Below, in pieces: positions 27,719-37,634 of a stretch of DNA of 49,580 nucleotides (position 1 is the first letter of the stretch; each line of letters starts with the position of its first letter). The position numbers were made by a program, and so were the translations under genes. The notes beneath the pieces are model-generated. The model worked only from the letters and a program-made list of their open reading frames with translations, was not told the DNA's origin and did no database searches. This DNA comes from Leptospiraceae bacterium (GTDB taxonomy: Bacteria; Spirochaetota; Leptospiria; Turneriellales; Turneriellaceae). The stretch lies in NCBI GenBank assembly GCA_020440825.1, contig JAGRNJ010000011.1, positions 23,660 through 73,239 on the forward strand. The letters are read 5' to 3'.

Positions 27719-28275
27719 TGCGGATGGCTCTCTTTAGACAAAGGTGCCACCCACAGATCATGCAAATTGCATTTTACATAGGCTTTATAATCGTTTTTTT
27801 TGAGAGGCAGGATTAAGTTAAAACGAACTTTCACCGGCCCAGAGGCAATCTGGCTCACATCTTTGACAATAATGTCTTTCTTGAGAGAATCCATAATACC
27901 AATTTTTTCAACATAATGCCCGGGCTGGTTCATAACCCCGGTGAGAACTTCATAGGTATTGTGATTTATTTTTTTAATCTGCGGGGTATGACTTTCAGCG
28001 AAATTCTCCCATTCGCGATAATTCTCTCTGGTATATTCAGGCAATGGCATCTGCAGTTCTTTTTCTTTTTCAAAAGGAGGTTTTTCAACGTTACAGAAAG
28101 TAACTGCGAAGATTGCAATAAAAATCAGGCGGATGGATTTCGGTACAGTTATTTGTTGGATACCATTCAGGGGCCGGGCCCGGCCCCTGAAACAAATCGA
28201 TTCGCCCCTGAAATCGATCGTTCCTGAAAATAGAAGACTCCTCCTTAAATTATACCGAACCATCATTGAAAACAT
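27715..28275 (-). CDS. Hypothetical protein, probably a single-pass membrane protein
   Basis: The 186-aa ORF begins 19 nt after the giant gene stop and has a hydrophobic segment IRLIFIAIFAVTF ~48 aa from the first Met. The start is uncertain; the Met at 28050 is an alternative. Confidence 0.4.
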   Translation of the reverse strand: MFSMMVRYNLRRSLLFSGTIDFRGESICFRGRARPLNGIQQITVPKSIRLIFIAIFAVTFCNVEKPPFEKEKELQMPLPEYTRENYREWENFAESHTPQIKKINHNTYEVLTGVMNQPGHYVEKIGIMDSLKKDIIVKDVSQIASGPVKVRFNLILPLKKNDYKAYVKCNLHDLWVAPLSKESHPQ

Positions 28276-28294
28276 TATCTATTGAAATGCCGCC

Positions 28295-31200
28295 CTAATC
28301 ACAACTTGTACTTACCATAATCCCATACTTCTTATGAAAATAACAGACAATCTGAACCCGCTCTTCTTGACTGGGCGCCCGCTTGAACATCATGATTTCG
28401 GCAATATCGCCTTTCAAGTATTGCGGGCCGTTTTCTCTGCCAATATGCAAAGAAGCTGTAGCGCTGGTATTTGCCATGTCATACGTCATATTTGTGAAAC
28501 TATCGATAGTGGTCCCATCAACATTGATCTCACCGGATGAGCCGCTGAGCCAGGCATACAGGGTGTGATAGTTATCATCCCAGCCTGCAGGTTGGGCAAC
28601 TTCACTATATCCTGACGGATCATTCAGACGGGAACCCATGAAACGAATGGTATCATTCTGAGTAGGTACCAGTGTCATTCTATTAAAGCCATCGTTAGAC
28701 CACTGAATCAGGCCGTTCTCAACCTGAGTGCCATCTTGCATCATGACTGCAAAAATACTGTAGGCATCAGCAGTTAGAATATCAGTACCCAAAACAGTGC
28801 GGGAAAGATGGTCGTTGTTACCATCAAACCGCACCACCGGCATATTGTTGACAGCCGCCACTGTCTGGCGCCACGTGGGTCGATCACTCGTTGTACTTTG
28901 CGTAACATTGATCCCATTTGCAGTACCATTCGTAAAACTGATATCGTGCCACTCTCGAACAGTTTGCGTGTTGGTAGCCAGGGTAGTACCGGCATCGTTG
29001 TACACTGCCCGCCCTGCATCGAGATGCAGGCTGATGTCGTCTAACTGGCCAGGATGAAAGCCTGAGAGTTCGCGAATTTCTGCGAGTGAGAGCGCACGGT
29101 TGTAAATGCGCACATCATCGATAGAGCCATTAAATCTATCACTGAAAAGATTGGCACCAATTACAAAGCCCTCCTGCCCCGTAGCGGCATTCGTGTAACC
29201 TGTAACCGTACCTTCGATAACACCGTTAATAAAAATTTCATTAGTGTTATTATTTCTGAACCTGGCGCAGTAATGAGCCCATTGGTTATTTGCAGCTATT
29301 ACAGGTGATGTTATTGTCCCGCCGGTTCTGAAATCAGATTGGAAAAAATTATTTTGGAAAGTTATTCTGTATTTTATATGATTTGAGGCTGCAGTGCCGC
29401 CGTACTCCATGATAAAGTTAGAGCCGGTGGCATTATTGGCAGCCCATGCGCAAGCAGTTCTGTTTGCATCATTCACCGGCAGATTGGTTGGAGTACTTTC
29501 TGATTCCATTTTACCGGTTCCGTTATAGAGATAAGCTGAGCCTGAATTGCCAAAACGGTCCATTGTTGGCACTGGACCCGCCGTAAGAGTTAAATTCGGA
29601 TTCTTTCCCGAATAATCTTTAATCGCACCGGCAGCAGTCGAGGTAGTGTTATCATCTAACGGATAATACGCCACCAGCCCCCGGTCAAGCTCGGTGGCCA
29701 GGGCCTTGACCTCTCCAGCTGTAAGGGCACGGTTGTAGATGCGGATGTCGCTCATTTCGCCCACTAAAGTTGTACCTGTGTCGAGATCCCACCTTACACC
29801 AAACGCAAAGTTTGTGCCACTGGTAGCAAGGGTTCGGCTGCTACTATTTACAGCTTCGCCATTTACAAAAATTGTTTTTGTGTTCGTAGCATAATGTGCA
29901 CAAAGGTGTACCCAGTCAGTTGTGATACTGCTGCCTACTGTCTGATTGCCGGATGTGTCGAAAGACCAGCTTGTATTGGGCGCATTTAGTTCATAGCGCT
30001 GATCTGTAGCATTTGCCCCATAAGAAATCACCATATCGCGCCCGCTGGTAGCTGAACCGCTTGGCAATCGAGACCACGCGCATAATGTACGCTCTGTGGC
30101 CCCCTGGGGGGCTTCGGGTATCGTAGCTGTCACCCAATCACCGGTACCGTCAAAAGCAAACGACGAATTAGCATTCCCGTAACGATCAGCTGCCGTGGCT
30201 GCCGCATTACCAGACGCGGTGCCATTGTGGCCATTGCCTGTCAGGTCAGATGCATCAGAATCTAAAGGATACTGCGCCACCAGCCCCCCCGGCACCTTGG
30301 TAGCCAGTTTTTTGATTTCATCGGCCGTGAGCGCGCGGGAATAAATACGGGCTTCGTCGAGTTTGCCACGAACGGCATTGCCGATTCGAACGTCATTACT
30401 GGTAATTGTATTCAGGCTCATCGATGATGAACCTGACAGGGAAGTGATTAATTGACCATCTACATAGAGTTTGACATCTGTGACATTGCTACCTGGTTCG
30501 AATGTTGCCGCAAAATGATGCCAGCCGGTCCCGAGACCTGCATTATCGGCAGTGACCCAACCACCACCAACTCCAAGCGAAAGAGCACCACGCTGGCCAG
30601 CAAGACCAAGGTTATTGATTTGCATGATCCACATCTCTCCTGAAGTACTGCCGAAGGGACCCCACGAGAAAAGGTTCCCACTAACTTCAAGCTTTGCCCA
30701 GACAGTTGTTGTTCGAGGTGTTGTACCGAGCACCCCCTTATAACCCGTGATTTCAATAGGCGCAGCACTGCCATCATGACTGTAAGCCTGGTTACTTATA
30801 TCACCCATATCAGTGCTAAGATCGGCAGCAGCTATAACCGCCCCGTCCCGATTATTCCCACTAACATCCTGCACGGTACTGCCGGTATCTCCCAAGCTGG
30901 CATCCATCGGGTAGTACACCTCCAGCGCCGGGTCGTATGTGATGGTTTTCGCGCTTTGCAGAGCCGTATTGTTGGCGGCGTCATAGAGCGTCGCCTGCGG
31001 GGTGATCGTATCGCTGCCTAAATCGGCATGAGTAAAGCGGGCATTGACCCGCGGTTTCAGCAAGTAACTGCCATCTGCTTCAATATCGCAACCATTAGAA
31101 TCCGCAGAATCGGTGCGCAATGCGGATGCATCGCCACCGCTGGTATTGGTATAGCTGAAGGCGGTATTATTAACCGTGCCGGTGCACCCTACCCCTAATG

Positions 31201-34200
31201 TGGTATCGACTGCTTCTGAAAAACTCAAGCGTAGCTGCCAGGCATCAATGATCGGGTCAGACCACGCGGAAAGCAAGACAGCCGGTGCACGATCAATCTC
31301 GATCACGGCCCCGGATCCAAAATCGGCCGAGCTTTGGGTTGCACAATCCACATCGGCTGTAAAAATAAAGCAGGAACCTTCACCTGCCACGTTACGCAGA
31401 CTTACATCTGTGCCTGTAAGATCGGGCTTGGCCCCCGTGTCATAGTTTGCCCCTTCGGTAAATTTAAGCCAGATGATTTCGTTATCAGGGGCATCTCCCT
31501 CGCCAGAATCGGTACAATTTCCATTAGGCGGATTGCTCTCATCAATACAGCTGGTGGGCACTACGTTCTCGCCCCCATAGGCAGCCACATCAAACTGCCC
31601 CACGACATCGACATCTGTACTGGAATTGACATAGCCAGTTAACGTAGAATCATCGACACTTTTATCAAAGGTAATCTTAACATGATCAATTTTACCATTA
31701 TGATCAGTATCAAAGTACTCGGCAGAGCTAATTACCGCGCCGGAACCGGCCGGTGTCACTGCGATAGAGTCATCGCCAGGGTTGCTAAAGCCACCATTAT
31801 TTGTGAAAGCTAGCGTAAAAATCTCGGCCACTGAGTTGGCCACCGTCACAGTCGCTACCCCCCCGGCGACAGTCACCACTCGAGGTACACCCGCCGCTCC
31901 CGTACCAGAGACATTAGACCCGGTTGTTACCCCGGTAATGCGCCCACTGCCCGAGGGGCTAAACGTTACCTGGGTAGAACTATCTGTCGTAATCAAATTA
32001 CCAAGACTATCGCGAACCTGCACCGTAATCGAAGTAGAACCCAGGGTATCAAAATCGGTTCCCGGGGTGGTAAGTGCAATCTGGCTGGCGGCAGCAGGGG
32101 TGACCGTAATTGAATCATTCGGCGGGTTGGTTAAAGCGGGGCTGCTCGTGATGGCAATTTCATAAATTTCTGCAGTGTTATTGGTCACGTTAATAGTGGC
32201 CACCCCATTTACAACCGTTATGGTCTCTGCCCCGCCGGCAACCCCATAGCCGCCATCCCCACTACCGGTTGTAACTCCCGAGATGGTGCCATTATTTGTC
32301 GGGGCAAAGGTGATCTGGGTAGAGCTATCGGTTGTGACCAAATTGCCGTTGGCATCTTGAACCTGCACCGTTAGCGTGGTACTGCTACCGGCGGAGCCAT
32401 CGCTACCCGCGGAAACAATCACCACCCGGTCGGGCGCTCCCGGGCTCACGCTGATTGAGTCATTCGCCGGATTAGTTAAAGCAGCATTATTGGTAAATGC
32501 CACCTCAAAAGTCTCAGCAGTAGTATTGGCCAGCGTCACCGTTGCGATACCACCAGAAACCTCTACAACCCGGGCCACACCGGCTGCGCCGGTCCCTGAA
32601 ATATTGTTGCCATTCGTCACTCCCGATATTGCTCCATTCGAAGTCGGGGTAAACGTTACCCGGGTGGTATTGTCGCTGCTTACAAGGGTGCCACTTGCAT
32701 TTTGAATCTGCACTGTCAGGGACGTGGTCCCTCCGGCTTGAAAATCATTGCCTGCATCGGTCAATACTACCTGCGTGGCAGGGTCAATGTCTACATTATT
32801 TATTGTGTGAGTGTGGGTCAGGTTAGATCCGAGGTTGGCATTGGTTACCGAATCGATTCTCAGGACAACCGTTTCATTTGCCTCTTCATCGGCATCATCG
32901 AGAATCTGCAAGACGGCATTGGCAGTCGAACTGCCTGCAGGAATGGTAATCGAATTGCTGACCAGATTAAAATCAATACCAGACGAAGCACTGCCCACCC
33001 CGAGCGAGAGATTCAGCACAATATCCCGCGTGGGATTCACCGGTGAAACATTGATCTGAATATTCTGGTTACCATTAGCCTCTGTGGCATTGCTACTTAC
33101 AGATTGAAACTGCACGCTAATATTGCTGCAGCTAACATTGGCATTAGATACACTGCCGGAGACTGTACCTGAGCTGTTGGCCACACTACAGTTCTGGTAA
33201 GGAGACTCGGGCTGGTTCGCCACTGAAACGTTATAGCTTTCTGAGTTCAGCAGAACTTCACTAAAGGTATACGCCCCGTTGCCAGAGGCAGTGAAGTCAT
33301 CCCCCCCGTTGTTTCGCAATATCAGGTTACTGCCCGCCAGACCCGATATTGTACCACCCACGGTAAAACCGGGGTTACAGGTAATTACGACATTGTTTAC
33401 GTTTCCTGCTGCTATTGAGCCAGAGGCGGTTGCATTTGTTACACACTTGAGTCCCGTGGGCTGCTGCGCCACCGTAACATTATAGCTGGCCAGATCAGCC
33501 AGGGGTGAGCCAGAAAATACAAACGAACCGGCCCCGGCAGAAACATTCAAATCTTCGCTGCCGTTTAACCGTAAGGTAAGCCCCCCCGCACTTAAGCCCG
33601 ATATTGTTCCTGTACCTCCCACAGTAAAGCCATCGAGGGTGCAGCTTACATTGACATTTGAAATATTCGCACCGGAGATACTTCCACTGGCATTGCCTAC
33701 GGTACAGGTCTGGGCCGGAGAGACGGGGTTGCGAAAGACCTCAATCTGGTAATTGGCAGTATCGGCAAATGTAGTATCGAAAGTGAAACTGCCGTTGGCG
33801 TTGATTGACTTGAACTCTCCCGCAGAGGTTACCAGAGTTACAAAACCGGAAGAAAGACCGCTCACCGAGCCGCCGACAGAATAACTGTCGGTCGAGCACT
33901 GTATCAAAGAAGAATAATTACCTTTGCCATTCAGTGTTCCCGCTCCATTGTTCACCGAACAGGTCTTGGTAGACGGCTGGGAAGAGACTGTAATATCAAA
34001 TGCAGTCTGGTCAGCTAAGGGCACCGGAAACAGAAAAAATCCATCCGCATTGCGGGTTGTTGCCTGGCCGCCATTCACCTCAAGAGTGACACTTTCACTA
34101 CCCAGACCTGAAACAAAGGCCCCAAGACTGAAGGGCACCGTCGAACAAACCACAGAGACATCGCTAACATTGGTACCCGTCATGATGCCAACATTCTGCT

Positions 34201-34744
34201 GCGGGCTGCAGATTTGTACCGGACCCGTGGGATTTACCTTTGTCTGTACGTTATAGCGACCCCCGTCATCAATTTCGGTGGCGAAAGTAAAACTGGTGCC
34301 TGTTACCAAAATCGTTTCACTCTGATTCAACTCAAGCTGCAGGCCACTGCCGGTATAACCCGCTACAGTGCCCGAGACGGTGAAACGCTCATTTGTACAT
34401 TCAATGGAAATATCAATGATATTACTTTCGGGAATGCCGCTCGCCCCATTTGTGATCGTGCAGGTCTGATTAGGCAGGGTCGGCTGATTAGTTACTGTGA
34501 GAGTATACTCTTGGCCGGGATTTACACTCTGTGGCAGGTTGAAAAACCCGTTTGAATTGATTGTCAGGGCATCACTGCCGTTTAGCGCTACAACCAGGCC
34601 CTGCCCCTGCAGGTTTATCACATTGCCGGCCAGACTGATACCGGCGGTACCGATAATTTTATGCTTGAAAACAGGCTGTTGCTGGCAGGCCGACAGAATT
34701 ATAACTGTTAGAATGAGCGTAATGTTTCTAAGGCATAACCTCAT
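28295..34744 (-). CDS. Giant modular surface lipoprotein of 2149 aa, with Cys-pair Ig-like repeats, three Big-like repeats and four LamG/concanavalin-A-like lectin domains
   Basis: The lipoprotein signal reads MRLCLRNITLILTVIILSAC. About seven ~90-aa repeats follow the pattern Y-x-V-x-V-x-x-QP...C-x-V-x-N-x-S-G...V-x-C. Three ~115-aa tandem Ig-like repeats follow (TLTVQVQDANGNLVTTDSSTQITF...). Four jelly-roll lectin-like domains carry the conserved (E/D)(A/V)RIY(N/S)RAL(T/S)xxEI(K/R)xL strand. Confidence 0.8.
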   Translation of the reverse strand: MRLCLRNITLILTVIILSACQQQPVFKHKIIGTAGISLAGNVINLQGQGLVVALNGSDALTINSNGFFNLPQSVNPGQEYTLTVTNQPTLPNQTCTITNGASGIPESNIIDISIECTNERFTVSGTVAGYTGSGLQLELNQSETILVTGTSFTFATEIDDGGRYNVQTKVNPTGPVQICSPQQNVGIMTGTNVSDVSVVCSTVPFSLGAFVSGLGSESVTLEVNGGQATTRNADGFFLFPVPLADQTAFDITVSSQPSTKTCSVNNGAGTLNGKGNYSSLIQCSTDSYSVGGSVSGLSSGFVTLVTSAGEFKSINANGSFTFDTTFADTANYQIEVFRNPVSPAQTCTVGNASGSISGANISNVNVSCTLDGFTVGGTGTISGLSAGGLTLRLNGSEDLNVSAGAGSFVFSGSPLADLASYNVTVAQQPTGLKCVTNATASGSIAAGNVNNVVITCNPGFTVGGTISGLAGSNLILRNNGGDDFTASGNGAYTFSEVLLNSESYNVSVANQPESPYQNCSVANSSGTVSGSVSNANVSCSNISVQFQSVSSNATEANGNQNIQINVSPVNPTRDIVLNLSLGVGSASSGIDFNLVSNSITIPAGSSTANAVLQILDDADEEANETVVLRIDSVTNANLGSNLTHTHTINNVDIDPATQVVLTDAGNDFQAGGTTSLTVQIQNASGTLVSSDNTTRVTFTPTSNGAISGVTNGNNISGTGAAGVARVVEVSGGIATVTLANTTAETFEVAFTNNAALTNPANDSISVSPGAPDRVVIVSAGSDGSAGSSTTLTVQVQDANGNLVTTDSSTQITFAPTNNGTISGVTTGSGDGGYGVAGGAETITVVNGVATINVTNNTAEIYEIAITSSPALTNPPNDSITVTPAAASQIALTTPGTDFDTLGSTSITVQVRDSLGNLITTDSSTQVTFSPSGSGRITGVTTGSNVSGTGAAGVPRVVTVAGGVATVTVANSVAEIFTLAFTNNGGFSNPGDDSIAVTPAGSGAVISSAEYFDTDHNGKIDHVKITFDKSVDDSTLTGYVNSSTDVDVVGQFDVAAYGGENVVPTSCIDESNPPNGNCTDSGEGDAPDNEIIWLKFTEGANYDTGAKPDLTGTDVSLRNVAGEGSCFIFTADVDCATQSSADFGSGAVIEIDRAPAVLLSAWSDPIIDAWQLRLSFSEAVDTTLGVGCTGTVNNTAFSYTNTSGGDASALRTDSADSNGCDIEADGSYLLKPRVNARFTHADLGSDTITPQATLYDAANNTALQSAKTITYDPALEVYYPMDASLGDTGSTVQDVSGNNRDGAVIAAADLSTDMGDISNQAYSHDGSAAPIEITGYKGVLGTTPRTTTVWAKLEVSGNLFSWGPFGSTSGEMWIMQINNLGLAGQRGALSLGVGGGWVTADNAGLGTGWHHFAATFEPGSNVTDVKLYVDGQLITSLSGSSSMSLNTITSNDVRIGNAVRGKLDEARIYSRALTADEIKKLATKVPGGLVAQYPLDSDASDLTGNGHNGTASGNAAATAADRYGNANSSFAFDGTGDWVTATIPEAPQGATERTLCAWSRLPSGSATSGRDMVISYGANATDQRYELNAPNTSWSFDTSGNQTVGSSITTDWVHLCAHYATNTKTIFVNGEAVNSSSRTLATSGTNFAFGVRWDLDTGTTLVGEMSDIRIYNRALTAGEVKALATELDRGLVAYYPLDDNTTSTAAGAIKDYSGKNPNLTLTAGPVPTMDRFGNSGSAYLYNGTGKMESESTPTNLPVNDANRTACAWAANNATGSNFIMEYGGTAASNHIKYRITFQNNFFQSDFRTGGTITSPVIAANNQWAHYCARFRNNNTNEIFINGVIEGTVTGYTNAATGQEGFVIGANLFSDRFNGSIDDVRIYNRALSLAEIRELSGFHPGQLDDISLHLDAGRAVYNDAGTTLATNTQTVREWHDISFTNGTANGINVTQSTTSDRPTWRQTVAAVNNMPVVRFDGNNDHLSRTVLGTDILTADAYSIFAVMMQDGTQVENGLIQWSNDGFNRMTLVPTQNDTIRFMGSRLNDPSGYSEVAQPAGWDDNYHTLYAWLSGSSGEINVDGTTIDSFTNMTYDMANTSATASLHIGRENGPQYLKGDIAEIMMFKRAPSQEERVQIVCYFHKKYGIMVSTSCD
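31780..32820. repeat. Three tandem ~345-bp direct repeats inside the giant gene, encoding the three Ig-like repeats
   Basis: Similar segments begin near 31842, 32187 and 32530. The mirror-image spurious plus-strand ORFs 31782-32165 and 32376-32705 give similar peptides (TVTVATPPATVTTRGTPAAPVPE vs SVTVAIPPETSTTRATPAAPVPE). Confidence 0.6.
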
Positions 34745-34794
34745 GCATTAGTCTATCACCAGAGTCACACATGGACAGTCATTTTTTGGCCGAA

Positions 34795-34812
34795 CCCCCA
34801 TATATATGGGGG
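34795..34812. promoter_or_regulatory. Perfect 18-nt palindrome CCCCCATATATATGGGGG in the divergent promoter region between the giant lipoprotein gene and the LuxR/7TMR-DISM two-component operon
   Basis: It was read directly from the sequence and is self-complementary over all 18 nt. It lies in the 118-bp intergenic gap 34745-34862. Confidence 0.4.
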
Positions 34813-34862
34813 CAAACATGGGAAAACCATTGACACATGGTACAGGGGGATACCACTACTGT

Positions 34863-35477
34863 ATGCAAATAGGTCTCATTGAAAATGACCCTGATTTTTT
34901 AGATGAAGTCATGCTTACAATAAAAACCGGATTTCACGAGGCAAGCCTTCAACACTGGTCAAGCGGAGAATCATTTTTAAAACAGGAAGATTTAAGTCGA
35001 TTTGAAATTCTCTTTATTGATATCATGCTGCCCGGTATCTCTGGAATTGAACTTTGCGCCCGCTTGCAGGAACTGAATTTCCCGGGAAAGATCATTATCT
35101 TGACGAACATGAATTCCGATGAAATGATATTGCAGGCAATAAAACACGGTGCTGTTGGCTATTTATTAAAATCAGAAACTACTGAGATTAATTCTATAAT
35201 TGAAACTGTGATCAACGGTGGAGCCATTCTTACGCCCACTATAGCCCTGCGCGTTATGATTGCACTGAAAGAAAAAGAACAGACTCGACCAGAGGCAAAC
35301 TTGACCCCACGGTTAAATGAAGTTCTCGATCTTATGGTAAGTGGTAACTCAATCGCGGAAGTGGCTGATATTCTGGGAATAAAACAAGGAACTGTCAATA
35401 GTTATGCAAAAGAAATTTATAAAAAATTAAATGTTCACAATCGGGCCCAACTGGTCGGTAAAGTTTATCGACAGTAG
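34863..35477 (+). CDS. NarL/LuxR-family response regulator with REC and LuxR HTH domains
   Basis: The receiver has the phospho-Asp segment ILFIDIMLPGISG and the Lys motif GAVGYLLKS. The C-terminal LuxR HTH reads LTPRLNEVLDLMVSGNSIAEVADILGIKQGTVNSYAKEIYKKLNV. The Met at 34863 is preferred over the ORF start at 34806. Confidence 0.85.
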   Translation: MQIGLIENDPDFLDEVMLTIKTGFHEASLQHWSSGESFLKQEDLSRFEILFIDIMLPGISGIELCARLQELNFPGKIIILTNMNSDEMILQAIKHGAVGYLLKSETTEINSIIETVINGGAILTPTIALRVMIALKEKEQTRPEANLTPRLNEVLDLMVSGNSIAEVADILGIKQGTVNSYAKEIYKKLNVHNRAQLVGKVYRQ

Positions 35478-35495
35478 TTGCGGTGTATGTAATTA

Positions 35496-37388
35496 ATGAA
35501 GTTTCTTTTATATTTTTCAGCCTTTTTTTTTACTGTTGCTCACTTCAATTGCTTTTTTTCAAAAACAGAGTTACTGCAACCAGGTAACTGGGAATTCTAT
35601 TGGAATCATTTCTACACTGCCCAGGACTTTGCCAACCCAGCCCCACCTAAACCCGATGCTTTGACTGAAAATGCAATAATCTGGAACCGTATGCAGATAA
35701 ATGGTCAACCCTTCCCCTCATTCGGTTTCGGAACCTACCGTACTATAATCAAAAATACATGGCAGACCAAGGCGTTGGGCATTCGGGTGCCAGCCCCTTT
35801 CTCATCTGCTGATCTGTATGTAAATGGCCAGAAGATTATCTCAACCGGAGAGATAGGTAAATCTGCCGAATCAGAAAAACCCAGCAGAAGAACTTTACTG
35901 GCCTTTTTTGAAACCAATGCACAGGAACTTGAGATTCTGATTCATGTTTCAAATTTCACAATGTTCAAAGGGGGATTACGGGGTAAAATACGAATCGGTT
36001 CAGCACAGGAAATTTTACAGGAATCACGAAAATACCTAGCTATAGATATGGCATCACTTGGCATTATTTTCGCAATTATGACCTACCATTTTGCAGTTTA
36101 TTTTCTGACACGAAGCTATAAAGAGAATTTTATTTTTTCTATTTTGTCATTCTTATATCTGGGAATGGTACTTTTTTATGGTGAGCAATCCATACTTTTT
36201 TTCTTCCCTGAGTTACCTCTGCCGGTTCACATTCGCATAGGCCATTCTATTCTGGCTTTTATTCCACCTATGATTTTAATATTCCTGCGCTCTCTATATA
36301 AAGAGATGGTACACATTGGGTTTATTTATTTTTTTGCGGGAACCAGTTGCCTTTTTGCAATCAGCCTCTGTTTTCGGCTTCATTTTTTCACCCGTTTTAA
36401 TTTCTACTATTTTGTAATTAGCGGAACCGGAAGCTGTCTTGTTGCTGTGATTCTTACCTGGCGGGCTGCATTCCGCAGAATTCCCGGTGCGGGAATATTA
36501 TTGGCAGGTTTTTTAAGTCTTGCTGCTTTTACCGCATACTCAACATTTCTATATCGAACAGATCACATAGCGGGCGGTTTTGTTTCATTAGGCTTTTCTC
36601 TTTTTGCGTTATTTCAGGCCGGGGCACTGGCCAGCCGACATGCCGGACTGGAAAAAACCAACCACCGTATTCAAAATCGTCTCTATGAAAACAGAATTGC
36701 TCTCGAAAAGCAGCGCAACGAAATTGAAATGAATCTGCATGATTCCCTGGGCGGAAACCTTACTGACCTGAAGCTTGCCTTACAAAAAATTCTGCGCACT
36801 TACCAGAACAAGTATCCTGAGCTGATACCAGAACTGCAGAAAATCATGCGCCGTACCGAGATGACCATCCAATCAATGAGAACTCAACTGCTTTTTCTGG
36901 AAGATTTACAGGTAGCGATGCAGGACCTCGTTTCGGGACTGCGACTGATACTGTTGAGACGCTACCAGGATGCCGGAAAGAAGGTCAAGATTGAACTTGC
37001 CCCCGGCATATCTGACAAACTGAAGGATTTAGATGAGTCATTTCTCATTGATGACCTGTTGAAAATCAACATCATCATGATTATTCAAGAGCTGTGCACT
37101 AATAATTTGAAGTATGAAACTGAAACTTCGAACTGGAAATTTTCGATTGAAAACGGAGTTCTGCAATTCTCGGTACAAACCAATCGAAAATCTCTGGATT
37201 CAACCACCCGGGGAGCCGTTAAAAGCTATGGACAAAACAATGTCCTGAAAAGAATTTCTGAAATATCTGGTACAATTAACCTCATCTCAGACAACGGTTT
37301 AAACTTTATTGAACTCAGAGTACCGTTAATCAGCCGGGGACAGAAAGCCAATACCCACAGTAACCCCCCCGCAAAACCGGTTTCTTAA
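35496..37388 (+). CDS. 7TMR-DISM sensor histidine kinase with a 7TMR-DISMED2 extracellular domain, seven TM helices, HisKA_3 and HATPase_c
   Basis: The ~180-aa extracellular domain is aromatic-rich (GNWEFYWNHFY...). It is followed by 7 predicted TM helices, the H-box EIEMNLHDSLGGNLTDL of NarX-type kinases and the N-box ELCTNNLKY. It is adjacent to the LuxR-family regulator. Confidence 0.8.
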   Translation: MKFLLYFSAFFFTVAHFNCFFSKTELLQPGNWEFYWNHFYTAQDFANPAPPKPDALTENAIIWNRMQINGQPFPSFGFGTYRTIIKNTWQTKALGIRVPAPFSSADLYVNGQKIISTGEIGKSAESEKPSRRTLLAFFETNAQELEILIHVSNFTMFKGGLRGKIRIGSAQEILQESRKYLAIDMASLGIIFAIMTYHFAVYFLTRSYKENFIFSILSFLYLGMVLFYGEQSILFFFPELPLPVHIRIGHSILAFIPPMILIFLRSLYKEMVHIGFIYFFAGTSCLFAISLCFRLHFFTRFNFYYFVISGTGSCLVAVILTWRAAFRRIPGAGILLAGFLSLAAFTAYSTFLYRTDHIAGGFVSLGFSLFALFQAGALASRHAGLEKTNHRIQNRLYENRIALEKQRNEIEMNLHDSLGGNLTDLKLALQKILRTYQNKYPELIPELQKIMRRTEMTIQSMRTQLLFLEDLQVAMQDLVSGLRLILLRRYQDAGKKVKIELAPGISDKLKDLDESFLIDDLLKINIIMIIQELCTNNLKYETETSNWKFSIENGVLQFSVQTNRKSLDSTTRGAVKSYGQNNVLKRISEISGTINLISDNGLNFIELRVPLISRGQKANTHSNPPAKPVS

Positions 37389-37634
37389 AGACGCCTCGCT
37401 AAATGTTTCAACTTCTTGCTTTTCATGGGTTTAAGAATGAGAAAAAGAACGATATCTGCAGCATTTTCTTTTCCAACTCATTTGATTTGGGAAATAAGCT
37501 GCTATCTCAGAATAGAAATCTTTAGATCACAGGTTACCCTTTTTTATTGACATAATGTGGGCATCGGTCAGGGTTTCCTAAATCTGGTGGTAGAATAAAT
37601 TCTTGCACCAAATAACAAAACCGAGGGAAAAAGA

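Noticed and set aside
28240-28246. AAGGAGG Shine-Dalgarno-like sequence on the minus strand just downstream of the 28275 start codon, considered as marking an alternative start
   Set aside because: No in-frame ATG, GTG or TTG lies within 5-12 nt downstream of it, so it falls inside codons 10-12 (LRR) of the ORF as called.
28334-34751. Many plus-strand ORFs of 60-130 aa antisense to the giant gene (for example 31782-32165, 32376-32705, 33924-34256)
   Set aside because: They lie entirely inside a long, well-supported minus-strand CDS. Their similarity to each other only mirrors the tandem Ig-like repeats of the real gene. They have no start-site context and no motifs.
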